The notes below the pieces were generated by a model that saw only the letters and a list, made by a program, of their open reading frames with translations, was not told where the DNA came from and made no database searches. From an uncultured Mycoplasma sp. (lineage in GTDB: Bacteria > Bacillota_I > Bacilli_A > RF39 > UBA660), in NCBI GenBank assembly GCA_964499645.1, contig CAZCLV010000001.1:1-50400 (forward strand): a stretch of 50,400 nt of DNA, given 5' to 3'. This document shows, one piece after another, positions 37,133 through 46,836 of this stretch (the first letter of the stretch is position 1; each line of letters opens with the position of its first letter). The position numbers and the translations under genes are program-made.

Positions 37133-38989
37133 TTATTTATTATAGATTTTTTTCTTGTTTTTAAATTTAATTTTCTTAAAATTTTTATTTTTAGAAGTCT
37201 TTATCTTTTTTATAAACAATATTATTAAAGATAATCCTCCTAAAATTATTACTATTATAATTTCTACATTTATACTTTTCTCTAATTTATCTGTTATATT
37301 TTTATATTTATCATATAAATTTATTGCTGTTTGTTTTTCCTCTGCATAATCATTATAATTAAATAAGAAATCTTCTGTTTGTTCTTCTATTTTTTTATAT
37401 TCTTTATAAGTATCAAAATTTAGTTTTAAAATTATACTTTTTTTTTGGTTTTGTTCATATAAGTTTTTTAATTTTTTTACTATTTCAGGAACTTCATATA
37501 ATGGTTGTGCTAAATCAGATAAGATATATGTATTATTTATTTGTTCATAAAGATAAGCAAATTGATATAAAGTTTCTTCGCTATTTTTTAATCCTACTAC
37601 ATCCATACCATAATATAATCCATTGTTATCATTACCTAAACCAATTGATAAAGCTGGATATCCTAAAACTGGGGCAATGGAATAGCTTGGTGACTCAAAA
37701 TTGTCTTCATCTTCTCCGATTTTTAATACTTTATTTTTAGTAGTTGGATATATTAATACATCTAAATCATATTTTGAATAAATGTTTTTTACATATTTAT
37801 CGTATGGCTCTTTTATATTCTCATAATCATTTATTCTAGAAATATTTCTTGTACAATCACTAGCATAGCCCCATAAACTATAAATATGTCCACTTGCAGA
37901 AGTTAATTCATAAAAGTTGTTTATATTTGATGAAGTGTTTTTTATATAATTATTAAAAGCATAGCACATAGTCCAACCTGCTACTGTGTTACTTTCTATC
38001 TTGCTATAAGTTGAATTAAAAAAATTGTCTATTTCTACTATTTCTGCTCCTTGTTCTTCCATTTTTGATATTGCATCATTCATTAATTTTTTTATTTCAC
38101 TATAAGTAGATCCTGTGCCATATATTCCAGAATTATCACCATTTAAAAATTGTGTTAATACTCCTACTTTCATATCTTTAAAAGTAGCATTTTTAATATT
38201 ATTAGTATAGTTAACTGTATCGTCTGTCATATTTTCTAATAAAATAGCATTTTCTTCTACTGTTTTTGTTATAGCACCTACTGTGTCTCTTGTTACATCA
38301 TATTTAATTATTCCATCTCCACTTAATAGTCCAAGTGATGGTCTAAATCCTATAACATTATTAGTACTAGATGGAACTCTCAATGAAGCATTTGTGTCTG
38401 TTCCAATTCCAAGAGTTGCAAATTGTAATGATACTGCTACTGCTGTTCCACCTGATGAGCCATAGCTAGTATATGCTGTATTATAAGCATTTCTTATTGT
38501 TCCATATGAGCTTACTGAGTTAGATGCATAAAAAGCAAATTCACTCATATTAGTTTTTGCTAAAATAATAATTCCTTGTTCTTTTAATTTTTTAATTATT
38601 TTGGCATCTTCTTTTGGATATGAATTTTTTAATGTTTTAGATCCTGCTGTTGTAGGCATTCCATAAACATCAATATTATCTTTTACAACAATTGGTATTC
38701 CAAATAAAATAGATGTTCTTCCCTTTTGTTGATATTCAATATCTTTTTCTTTTGCTTCTTCTATTGCTTTATCATTTATTGTAATTATCGAATGAAAATC
38801 TTTATCATAAGTTTCAATTCTTTCTAAATACATTTTTGTTAATGATTCATATGTTAAATAGCCATCATCAATTGCTTGTTGTATTTCATATATATTCATC
38901 TTTGTAATATCTACTGGTGCTTTTGTATAAGCAAAAGTATAACTTATAAAACTTAAAAAACATATTAAAAATATTAATATTTTTTTCAT
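37133..38989 (-). CDS. Amidase-signature family enzyme with an N-terminal signal peptide and a C-terminal TM anchor plus Lys-rich tail
   Basis: YGSSGGTAVAVS signature, leader MKKILIFLICFLSFISYTFA, C-terminal IIIVIILGGLSLIILFI followed by a KK-rich tail. Confidence 0.8.
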   Translation of the reverse strand: MKKILIFLICFLSFISYTFAYTKAPVDITKMNIYEIQQAIDDGYLTYESLTKMYLERIETYDKDFHSIITINDKAIEEAKEKDIEYQQKGRTSILFGIPIVVKDNIDVYGMPTTAGSKTLKNSYPKEDAKIIKKLKEQGIIILAKTNMSEFAFYASNSVSSYGTIRNAYNTAYTSYGSSGGTAVAVSLQFATLGIGTDTNASLRVPSSTNNVIGFRPSLGLLSGDGIIKYDVTRDTVGAITKTVEENAILLENMTDDTVNYTNNIKNATFKDMKVGVLTQFLNGDNSGIYGTGSTYSEIKKLMNDAISKMEEQGAEIVEIDNFFNSTYSKIESNTVAGWTMCYAFNNYIKNTSSNINNFYELTSASGHIYSLWGYASDCTRNISRINDYENIKEPYDKYVKNIYSKYDLDVLIYPTTKNKVLKIGEDEDNFESPSYSIAPVLGYPALSIGLGNDNNGLYYGMDVVGLKNSEETLYQFAYLYEQINNTYILSDLAQPLYEVPEIVKKLKNLYEQNQKKSIILKLNFDTYKEYKKIEEQTEDFLFNYNDYAEEKQTAINLYDKYKNITDKLEKSINVEIIIVIILGGLSLIILFIKKIKTSKNKNFKKIKFKNKKKIYNK

Positions 38990-38997
38990 ATTTCTCC

Positions 38998-39705
38998 TTA
39001 TCTTGTTATTACAGTTGTACCTTTATTCTTTCCATCTATTATTGCTTGTAAGCCTTCTTTATCTTTAGCACTATATAAGTATAAAGGTATCTTATGTTTT
39101 GCTAATGTAGCTAATGCTTCAAAATCCATTACTCCTTGTTTTTCTATTCCAACTTTTATTTGATTTAATAAAAGTTCTTCATGCGTAATTTCATCTTTTT
39201 TTACTGCTCCTTCTAATTTTGGATCTTTATCATATATTCCATCAATGTTTTTTGCCATAATTATTTTATCTGCTTTTAATTGAATAGCTTTTTCTATAGT
39301 TACCATATCTGTAGAAAAATTAGGAACTCCAAGGCCTCCTCCTAATACTATTACTTTATTTTTTCTTAATGCTTTTACAACATCATATTCATTATATTTT
39401 TTTATAATACCTTCTACTTCAAATGCAGAAAAAATATTTGATACTATTCCATTATTATTTAAATAGTTATTAATTGCCAAAGCATTCATAACAGTTGCTA
39501 GCATTCCAATTTGATCTGATATTGTAGAATCAATATCTAAGTTATTTCTACCTCTCCAAAAATTACCTCCACCTACTACTAAAATAACATCATATTTATT
39601 ATCTTTTAATAGTTTAACATCATCTAAAACTTTCTTTAACATAGAATCGCAAATGTTATTATCCTCTTTTAATACTTCACCACTAATTTTTACTAATACT
39701 CTCAT
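38998..39705 (-). CDS. pyrH: UMP kinase
   Basis: RVLVKISGEVL N-terminus, VVGGGNFWRG motif, 235 aa. Confidence 0.9.
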   Translation of the reverse strand: MRVLVKISGEVLKEDNNICDSMLKKVLDDVKLLKDNKYDVILVVGGGNFWRGRNNLDIDSTISDQIGMLATVMNALAINNYLNNNGIVSNIFSAFEVEGIIKKYNEYDVVKALRKNKVIVLGGGLGVPNFSTDMVTIEKAIQLKADKIIMAKNIDGIYDKDPKLEGAVKKDEITHEELLLNQIKVGIEKQGVMDFEALATLAKHKIPLYLYSAKDKEGLQAIIDGKNKGTTVITR

Positions 39706-39810
39706 AATTCTACTCCTTCATTATTTAGTATATCATAATTATTATGTCATTTTTATGATATTTTTGTGTTTTTTTACAAAAAAAAGAAAAATATTCCATT
39801 TTCCTTTTAA

Positions 39811-40284
39811 TTACTTAATTTCAATTACTTTTACTTCGTAACTTCCATTTGGGCTTTCTACTGAAACAGTATCACCTATTTTGTGTCCTAATAAGGCAAC
39901 TGCTATTGGTGATTCATTTGATATTTTACTTTCAAATGGATCTGCTTCTTGGCTTCCCACTATCTTATATTGATCAACATCTGTTGGATCATCAACATAA
40001 GAAATTTTTACAGTATTTCCTACACTTACTTTATCAGTATTAATTTCTTCAATAATTGTTACATTATCTACAATTGCTTGTAGTTTTTTAATTTTAGCTT
40101 CAAGTTCAGCTTGATCATTTCTGGCAGCATCATAATCAGCATTTTCAGATAAATCCCCTAATGCTCTTGCTTCCTTTATAGCATTTATATTTTCAGGTCT
40201 TTCAACATTAATTAAATGTTCTAACTCTGATTTAACTTCTTCATAACCTTCTTTTGTAAGATATACTTCTTTCTTTTCTGTCAT
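39811..40284 (-). CDS. greA: Transcription elongation factor GreA
   Basis: LTKEGYEEVKSELEHL...GDLSENADYDAA coiled-coil finger, 157 aa. Confidence 0.95.
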   Translation of the reverse strand: MTEKKEVYLTKEGYEEVKSELEHLINVERPENINAIKEARALGDLSENADYDAARNDQAELEAKIKKLQAIVDNVTIIEEINTDKVSVGNTVKISYVDDPTDVDQYKIVGSQEADPFESKISNESPIAVALLGHKIGDTVSVESPNGSYEVKVIEIK

Positions 40285-40369
40285 TTTGCTCTCACCTCAT
40301 TAATTTTTCGTTCTCTAAAAGAATACTATATTTGCTGTGTTTTGTCAAGGAAAACTATTATAATACCTC

Positions 40370-41554
40370 TTAAAATTTTACTCTTATCATAGAATTTTTT
40401 TCTATATTTATAGGAACTTTTATCTTTAAAATTTCTTTTGGATGTCTAGCACAATCTAACTCTTCCATGTTTTCATCATATATTTTATCTATTACAAAAT
40501 CTATATTAACGCCATTAGGACCAAATAAATTAACTTTTTCTCCTGGTTTAAAATAATTTCTTTGTTCTATAGTTGCCATTTTTGTTTTAGTATCATAATC
40601 TAAAACTATTCCTAAAAAGTCTTGATTTGATACTTCCATTCGATCAAGATAGTATTGATCTTTATAAGAAGCTTCTTTATTAAAAAATTGACTTGTTGAC
40701 TCTCTATTTGCTACTCTTTGTAAAATTTTAATATTTTCTTTTAATAGATTCTTATTAAAGTTATTATTATAATATGCATCAATTAAATTTCGATAACTAC
40801 TAATTACTGTTGCAATATAATATGCACTTCTCATTCTTCCTTCTATTTTTAATGAATTTACTCCTATTTTAATTAAATCTGGTATGTGTTTTGCTAATAT
40901 TAAATCTTTTGTAGCTATTGTAAATTTTGTTTTTCGCTTTTTATCTAAATCAAAAGTAAATCTACATACTTGTGCACACCCACCACGATTAGCATCTCTA
41001 TTAGTAAAGTAATTTGATAAGACACATCTTCCTGAATAATTAGTACACATTGCTCCATGAAGAAATACTTCTATATTTGCATTTGTTTTTTCTTTTATTT
41101 CTTTTATTTCTTTCTTTGATACTTCTCTTGCTAAAACAATTGTTGACACTCCTTCATTTAAGAAATATTTAACACTTTCAACATTAGTAGTACAGTTTTG
41201 AGTACTTAAACATATTTTTAAACTTTTATAATTTGTTTTTATAATTGGTATTAAAGCAGGATCTGCTACTATAACACCATCAACATTACATTTTTCAAGT
41301 TGTTTTAAATATTCTTTTATTCCTTTTAGATCTTCGTTATGAAAAATAATATTAACTGTAACATATACCTTCTTATTTAATTTATGAGCATATAAACATG
41401 CTTCTTTTATTTCTTCAATACTAAAATTATTTGCATTTGCTCTTAAACTATAATCTTTTCCACCAATATAGCAGGCATCTGCTCCATAAAGAAAGGCAAT
41501 TTTTAATTTTTCTAAATCACCTGCTGGTGATAATAATTCTATTTTATTTTTCAT
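40370..41554 (-). CDS. Peptidase U32 family protein (YrrO/TrhP-like)
   Basis: ELLSPAGDLEKLKIA N-terminus and SLKIEGRMRS motif. Synteny with the yrrM/yrrN-like genes. Confidence 0.85.
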   Translation of the reverse strand: MKNKIELLSPAGDLEKLKIAFLYGADACYIGGKDYSLRANANNFSIEEIKEACLYAHKLNKKVYVTVNIIFHNEDLKGIKEYLKQLEKCNVDGVIVADPALIPIIKTNYKSLKICLSTQNCTTNVESVKYFLNEGVSTIVLAREVSKKEIKEIKEKTNANIEVFLHGAMCTNYSGRCVLSNYFTNRDANRGGCAQVCRFTFDLDKKRKTKFTIATKDLILAKHIPDLIKIGVNSLKIEGRMRSAYYIATVISSYRNLIDAYYNNNFNKNLLKENIKILQRVANRESTSQFFNKEASYKDQYYLDRMEVSNQDFLGIVLDYDTKTKMATIEQRNYFKPGEKVNLFGPNGVNIDFVIDKIYDENMEELDCARHPKEILKIKVPINIEKNSMIRVKF

Positions 41555-42378
41555 TTCTTCACCTTATAAATAGTAGGCTTATATAGAAATCCTGTACAAG
41601 TATCTATTTTTCCTTTTTGATTATTTAAAAAGTTTTGTAATGTTTTTATAAATACATCTTTTGGTACAAATTTTTCATCTAATATTAAATAATTAATATT
41701 TATATTATTTAGTTCTTCATACTCATTTATAAGGTTTAGAAGGCTTTTTGAGTATATAGCAGTTCCATATTTTTCTTCTTTTATTATAAAATTATCATTA
41801 TTTTCACACATACAATGTTGCTTTTTTAAATTAATTTTTTTAATAAATTTATAATAATTACTTATTAATAATCTTCTAGAATAACTCATCAGTTGATATC
41901 CAAAAGCATTAATAAAAATATTTGTTGTGCTTTTTTCTCTTATTTCTTTAATTTCTTCAAGAGTTATCTCAGAGGATAATAGAGCTCCAAATACTCCTTT
42001 TTTTTGATAATAATTACATGTTTCATAATTTGTTACTAAAAAATTTTGATTCCAAATTAATGGTGTTTTTAGTTTTAATTCTTTTTTTAAATTTAAAACA
42101 GCTAAATCATAAAAGAATATTCCATTAATATTTAGTTTATCAATATCTATCAAAATCTTTTTTAATTTAACTAAATCTCTATTAAATATATTTCTATTTA
42201 TTGATAAAAATATTTCAATGTCAGGATACCTTTTTTTTATTTTTTTTAAATCGTTTATGTTTATTTGATTTGTTATATCAACGCAAAGATTCTTTACACC
42301 AAAAAAGAAAGCTTTTGCTCCCATTTTAATGTATTCATCTAAGTTTTTGATATTAATTGGTTTTACAATTACTTTCAT
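41551..42378 (-). CDS. Peptidase U32 family-like protein (YrrN-like partner)
   Basis: 4-nt overlap with the downstream U32 gene. Same position as B. subtilis yrrN. Motif support is weak by eye. Confidence 0.6.
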   Translation of the reverse strand: MKVIVKPINIKNLDEYIKMGAKAFFFGVKNLCVDITNQININDLKKIKKRYPDIEIFLSINRNIFNRDLVKLKKILIDIDKLNINGIFFYDLAVLNLKKELKLKTPLIWNQNFLVTNYETCNYYQKKGVFGALLSSEITLEEIKEIREKSTTNIFINAFGYQLMSYSRRLLISNYYKFIKKINLKKQHCMCENNDNFIIKEEKYGTAIYSKSLLNLINEYEELNNININYLILDEKFVPKDVFIKTLQNFLNNQKGKIDTCTGFLYKPTIYKVKK

Positions 42379-42383
42379 TTTTA

Positions 42384-42992
42384 TTACATCCTTTTTTCAG
42401 AAATTGAAATTCCATCTCCAATTTCATAAAATACCGTTTTATATTTTACATTATTTTCTAAAAAAGATATATATTTTTTTATTTTTTTTACAAGTCCACG
42501 TATATTTCTATTTGTAATTTCAGTTATCTCTTTTTCTACATATCCATGAAAACTTAAGTTATCTGTAATAATACTACCTTTTGAATTTAAATTGTTTTCA
42601 AAATGATTAAATATTTCTTCATTTTTACTTTTGGCAGCATCGATAAAAATTAAATCAAACTTTTCTTTTATTTTTGTATCCAAAGCATCATTAAATATTA
42701 ATGTTATTTGTTCTTCTAAACCCATTTTTTTAATGTTTTTTACTGCTTCAAGATATCTTTCTTTATCGCGCTCTATTGTTGTTATTTTTATATTATCATC
42801 TGATAATGCCATCATTATAGCAGAATATCCAATAGCAGTTCCTATTTCAAGAACAGTTTTGACTTGTTTTTTTTCAAGATACCCTATTAGAAAATCTAAA
42901 CTATCATCTAAAATAATTGGAACGTTGTTTTCAATTGCATATTTTTTTATTGTTCTAACTTTATTATAAAGTTCTTCTACCATTCTAACCAC
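42384..42992 (-). CDS. Class I SAM-dependent O-methyltransferase (YrrM/TrmR-like)
   Basis: VLEIGTAIGYS SAM-binding motif and DLIFIDAAK motif. Synteny with the U32 pair. Confidence 0.8.
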   Translation of the reverse strand: MVRMVEELYNKVRTIKKYAIENNVPIILDDSLDFLIGYLEKKQVKTVLEIGTAIGYSAIMMALSDDNIKITTIERDKERYLEAVKNIKKMGLEEQITLIFNDALDTKIKEKFDLIFIDAAKSKNEEIFNHFENNLNSKGSIITDNLSFHGYVEKEITEITNRNIRGLVKKIKKYISFLENNVKYKTVFYEIGDGISISEKRM

Positions 42993-44041
42993 AATCCTTT
43001 TCTTTGAAGATCACTTATTTTTGCTTCATGTTCACTATTTGTTTTTGTAAAATATAATGTATGATTTTTGTCTGAAACAAAAAAATAATATTTTGTAGTT
43101 ATTGGACTTACTACTGCTTCAATGGCTTTTACTCCTGGATTACTAATTGGTCCAATTGGAAAGCTAACTGCATATGTGCCTCTTGTATTATATGGATTTT
43201 TACCATTTATTTCTTTCATAAGTAATTCTTCTGTCATTTCTTTTTTTGCACCATAATAAGAAGTAACACAACTTCCTAAACTCATACCTGAATTCATTCT
43301 GTTATAAAAAACACTTGCTATGTTTTTAAAGTCTTCTTCATTATATCCTTCTGATTGAGTAATAGAGGCCAATGTAATTAATTTATGAACAGAATATTTG
43401 CTATTCGTAATTGTTTCTTTATAATTTCCTAATACTTTTTCTGTTTGATCTAACATTATTTTAAATACTTCTTTTACGGTCACATCTTTACTATTAAATC
43501 TATATGTATTTGGAAATAAATATCCTTCAAGAGAGTAATATATTCCACCTTTCTTAATATCATTTGTTAGAAACCAATATTCTTCAATTAATGAATTAAT
43601 ATAATCTTCATCTTTTAAAACATTTAATACATCATTATAGGTATTATTAGTATTATTAGCAATAATTGTAGCAATGTTGCGATAATTTAGTCCTTCCCTA
43701 AAAGTAATCTCTATCTCATTTTCATTTTGCCCACCTTCAAGTAAGGTATTTACTATTGCCTCTATATTCATATTAGGACGTAGATAGTATGAAGCTGCAT
43801 AGATATTATTAACTTTTTTAAATTTAAGATATAATTTAAAAAACTTTTCATTTTTTATTAGATTTTCATCTTTTAAAATAAGTGCTATGTCTGAGAAACT
43901 TGAGCCACTTGGTATTATAATCTTTTTTTCTTCACTATTCTTTGATACAGGGGATAGCAAAAATATGATTAAACACAAAGAAATTGTAATAATACTTAGT
44001 ATTATTACAATTAAAGTTATAAATAACTTTTTATTTTTCAT
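42977..44041 (-). CDS. mltG: Endolytic murein transglycosylase MltG (YceG-like)
   Basis: N-terminal TM, LASITQSEG and YNTRG...PIGPISNPG motifs. Confidence 0.9.
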   Translation of the reverse strand: MKNKKLFITLIVIILSIITISLCLIIFLLSPVSKNSEEKKIIIPSGSSFSDIALILKDENLIKNEKFFKLYLKFKKVNNIYAASYYLRPNMNIEAIVNTLLEGGQNENEIEITFREGLNYRNIATIIANNTNNTYNDVLNVLKDEDYINSLIEEYWFLTNDIKKGGIYYSLEGYLFPNTYRFNSKDVTVKEVFKIMLDQTEKVLGNYKETITNSKYSVHKLITLASITQSEGYNEEDFKNIASVFYNRMNSGMSLGSCVTSYYGAKKEMTEELLMKEINGKNPYNTRGTYAVSFPIGPISNPGVKAIEAVVSPITTKYYFFVSDKNHTLYFTKTNSEHEAKISDLQRKGLWLEW

Positions 44042-44321
44042 TATTTACTTCTTCTTGAAGAACATTAAGTGCCATTTCAATAACTTTCCATTCTTTTTCA
44101 GTTTCAATTGGTTCTAACTTAACATTGTCACCATCTTTAATTACTACTGATCCATAAGCTTTTAAATTACCTTTTTCATCTGTTGTATTATCAGTATAAG
44201 CTAAATAATGTTTACCTGTTTCTGTTGAGTCAAATTCTAATAGCTTATAGAAAGTCATTTCTTCTCCCTTTTCATTAAATCCAACGAACATATCTTCCTT
44301 TAATTCTTCTTTTTTTTCCAT
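44031..44321 (-). CDS. DUF1292 (YrzB-like) small protein
   Basis: NEKGEEMTFYKLLEFDSTETGKHYLAY pattern, plus position between ruvX and mltG. Confidence 0.7.
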   Translation of the reverse strand: MEKKEELKEDMFVGFNEKGEEMTFYKLLEFDSTETGKHYLAYTDNTTDEKGNLKAYGSVVIKDGDNVKLEPIETEKEWKVIEMALNVLQEEVNNEK

Positions 44322-44322
44322 A

Positions 44323-44736
44323 TTATTTTTCCTTTCTATCTAAATATGATTGAAGTATTACGACGGCCGATAAACCATCTATTACTTTTTTTCTTTTTTT
44401 TCTTGATAAATCTGCTTTGATTAAAATACTTTCAGCTACTTTTGTAGTTAATCTTTCATCTTCAAGAATTACTTCTTTTTTTAAAAAATTACTCAGTTGC
44501 TCTTTAAACCTTATTGTTTCCTCTGCTCTTTCTCCTAATGAGTTATTCATATTCTTTGGTAAGCCTAAAACTAGTTTATCTATATTTTCTTTTTCTACTA
44601 TTTCATGAATTTCTTTTATTAAACTATCTATATTTTTATAATTAATATTTTTATAAAAACTAGCAATCATTCCTGTTTTATCTGATAAAGATAATCCTAA
44701 TGTTTTTGTACCTAAATCTAATCCTAAATATCTCAT
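44323..44736 (-). CDS. ruvX: Holliday junction resolvase-like RuvX (YqgF)
   Basis: MRYLGLDLGTKTLGLSLSD N-terminus, DERLTT motif. Confidence 0.9.
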   Translation of the reverse strand: MRYLGLDLGTKTLGLSLSDKTGMIASFYKNINYKNIDSLIKEIHEIVEKENIDKLVLGLPKNMNNSLGERAEETIRFKEQLSNFLKKEVILEDERLTTKVAESILIKADLSRKKRKKVIDGLSAVVILQSYLDRKEK

Positions 44737-45005
44737 TTTAGGTCCTTTAAATAGTTTTTTAATAGAGCTTCCACTATTTTTTCTCTTTCAAGTTTTTGAA
44801 TACTTTTACGAGCATCTTTATAATTTGAAATATATGCTAAATCACCACTTATTATATAACCAACGATTTGGTTAATGCCATCATATCCTTTTTCATCAAG
44901 GGCTTTTCTTACTTTTACTAAGGTTTCAGTAATCATATAGTTTTCCATATCATCAACTTTAAAAATTATTGTTCCATCATCACCCATGAATATCACCTCA
45001 TCCAA
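44733..45005 (-). CDS. ireB: IreB-family regulatory phosphoprotein (UPF0297, YrzL-like)
   Basis: ALDEKGYDGINQIVGYIISGDLAYISNYKDAR conserved block. Confidence 0.85.
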   Translation of the reverse strand: MDEVIFMGDDGTIIFKVDDMENYMITETLVKVRKALDEKGYDGINQIVGYIISGDLAYISNYKDARKSIQKLEREKIVEALLKNYLKDLK

Positions 45006-45064
45006 ATTATATATTTATTTTATCACGAAAATAATTGTTTAGCAACAAAAAAAGACATAAGTCT

Positions 45065-46201
45065 TTATTTGCTGAAAAAGTTCATTGCTATTAAAAATAC
45101 TAAATAAATTACAACTAATATAATTCCATTAATATTATCTTTAAATTTAATTTTTCTTTTTAATCCTACAGCCATAGAAATTAAAAGTCCACCTACTAAA
45201 CCACCTATATGTGCAAAATTATCTATACCAGTTGACATAAACCCAATAAGTAAATTTATTAATATAATAGGAACCATTTGTTTAATAATAGTATTTCCTA
45301 AATAAACTCTATAATTATAACCAAAGTATAGCATTGCTCCAAATAAACCAAATATAGCTCCGCTTGCTCCAATACTTGGAATATCTCCACTTAATAATAT
45401 TGATAATAGACTTCCACATATAGCACTAAATAGATATATAAATAAAAACTTCCACTTGCCAAAAAAGCTTTCTACTTGTTCTCCTATTACTTTTAATGCA
45501 TACATATTAAATAATATATGAAAAAAATCTATGTGAATAAATGTTCCTGTTAGTAATCTATAATACTGTCCTATTCTAATAGTAGGACCATAAGTAGAAT
45601 ATTTTGCCACTAAATAGTTTCCTTGATTAAATAAGAATCCAATAATAAATATTATTACATTGATAATAATTAATGCTGTAGTAATTACCGGTTTCTTTTG
45701 TTTAAATATTTCTTCTGCTTGTTCAGCTTCTTTTTTATTTTTTTCATTTATATCAGAAGTTATCTTAACAAATAAGTTTATTCCTTTTTCTGTAAATGTT
45801 AATTTTTTATCAATATCTGGAAAATGCTTATATAAGAAATTGTATTTTTTAACATCTTTTTCATCTTTTAAATATATACATTCAATATGATCTTTAGATT
45901 GTAATTCGACATTTTCTCCAAGATCAGTAAAGATACTTAATACTTCGAAATTTATATTTAATGTTCTCTTCTTAATATTTTTTACTATTTTTGTTGTCTT
46001 AAATAAATCAAAATCCAATTGTTCGTTGTTATGAATATAATTTGAGACAATTCTTACTATTTTATAATCAGAGTTCATATTTTCAAGCCATATTTCATCT
46101 TTTGCGCCATGTAATATAACTGGATTATAATTTTTTTCTGTAATAAAATAATGTAATAATTTCATTACAATAACATCTTTTTCATTCATTTGTTCTTCCA
46201 T
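45065..46201 (-). CDS. Rhomboid-family intramembrane serine protease with a cytoplasmic N-terminal domain of about 170 aa
   Basis: HIDFFHILFN, GASGAIFG (catalytic Ser) and AHIGG (catalytic His). Confidence 0.85.
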   Translation of the reverse strand: MEEQMNEKDVIVMKLLHYFITEKNYNPVILHGAKDEIWLENMNSDYKIVRIVSNYIHNNEQLDFDLFKTTKIVKNIKKRTLNINFEVLSIFTDLGENVELQSKDHIECIYLKDEKDVKKYNFLYKHFPDIDKKLTFTEKGINLFVKITSDINEKNKKEAEQAEEIFKQKKPVITTALIIINVIIFIIGFLFNQGNYLVAKYSTYGPTIRIGQYYRLLTGTFIHIDFFHILFNMYALKVIGEQVESFFGKWKFLFIYLFSAICGSLLSILLSGDIPSIGASGAIFGLFGAMLYFGYNYRVYLGNTIIKQMVPIILINLLIGFMSTGIDNFAHIGGLVGGLLISMAVGLKRKIKFKDNINGIILVVIYLVFLIAMNFFSK

Positions 46202-46275
46202 TTATATCACGCCTTTTTTAATACTTATATTATTATACTATAAAAAATTTGTTTAAAAAACATTTATTATCATTT

Positions 46276-46836
46276 TTACATAATTTTTGCAGTAATAACT
46301 AATCTATAATTTTTACTTTTACATGTAATCAATGTTAATATTTTATCAGAGTTATTATTTTTATAATATGAATAATTATTTAAATTATATATATTGATTT
46401 TATATACTTTAAATTTATAACATTTAATATGCGAAACCAAAATTATTTCATCACCAATATGTAAATTAAATAGTTTTTTAAAAACATATTCATTATTATG
46501 GCCCGCTAAAATTATATTGCCAAAACTATCATCTATATTTGCAGATGCTTTATGCATTCCTACAATATTTTTATTTAAAATATTATTATCTGTACCATAA
46601 CTAATTAGTTTTTTAATGCCTAATTTATCTATTTTTATATAACCCAAATAATTCTTTGTTAAATAAGTTTTGTCTTTGTTTATTTCATTTTTATTTATGT
46701 TTACTCTCTTATCTTTTATTTGGTTTATTATATTTATTATTTCAGCCTCTTTATTTTTTAAATTATAGTTTTTATATATTTTATAATTTATTGTTAATAT
46801 ACAAACAATTATTAGTATTAATTTAATTTTTTTCAT
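46276..46836 (-). CDS. Sortase (transpeptidase)
   Basis: N-terminal TM, ILAGHN His motif, LTLITC catalytic Cys motif, downstream Arg. The start overlaps the adhesin 3' end by 14 nt. Confidence 0.85.
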   Translation of the reverse strand: MKKIKLILIIVCILTINYKIYKNYNLKNKEAEIINIINQIKDKRVNINKNEINKDKTYLTKNYLGYIKIDKLGIKKLISYGTDNNILNKNIVGMHKASANIDDSFGNIILAGHNNEYVFKKLFNLHIGDEIILVSHIKCYKFKVYKINIYNLNNYSYYKNNNSDKILTLITCKSKNYRLVITAKIM

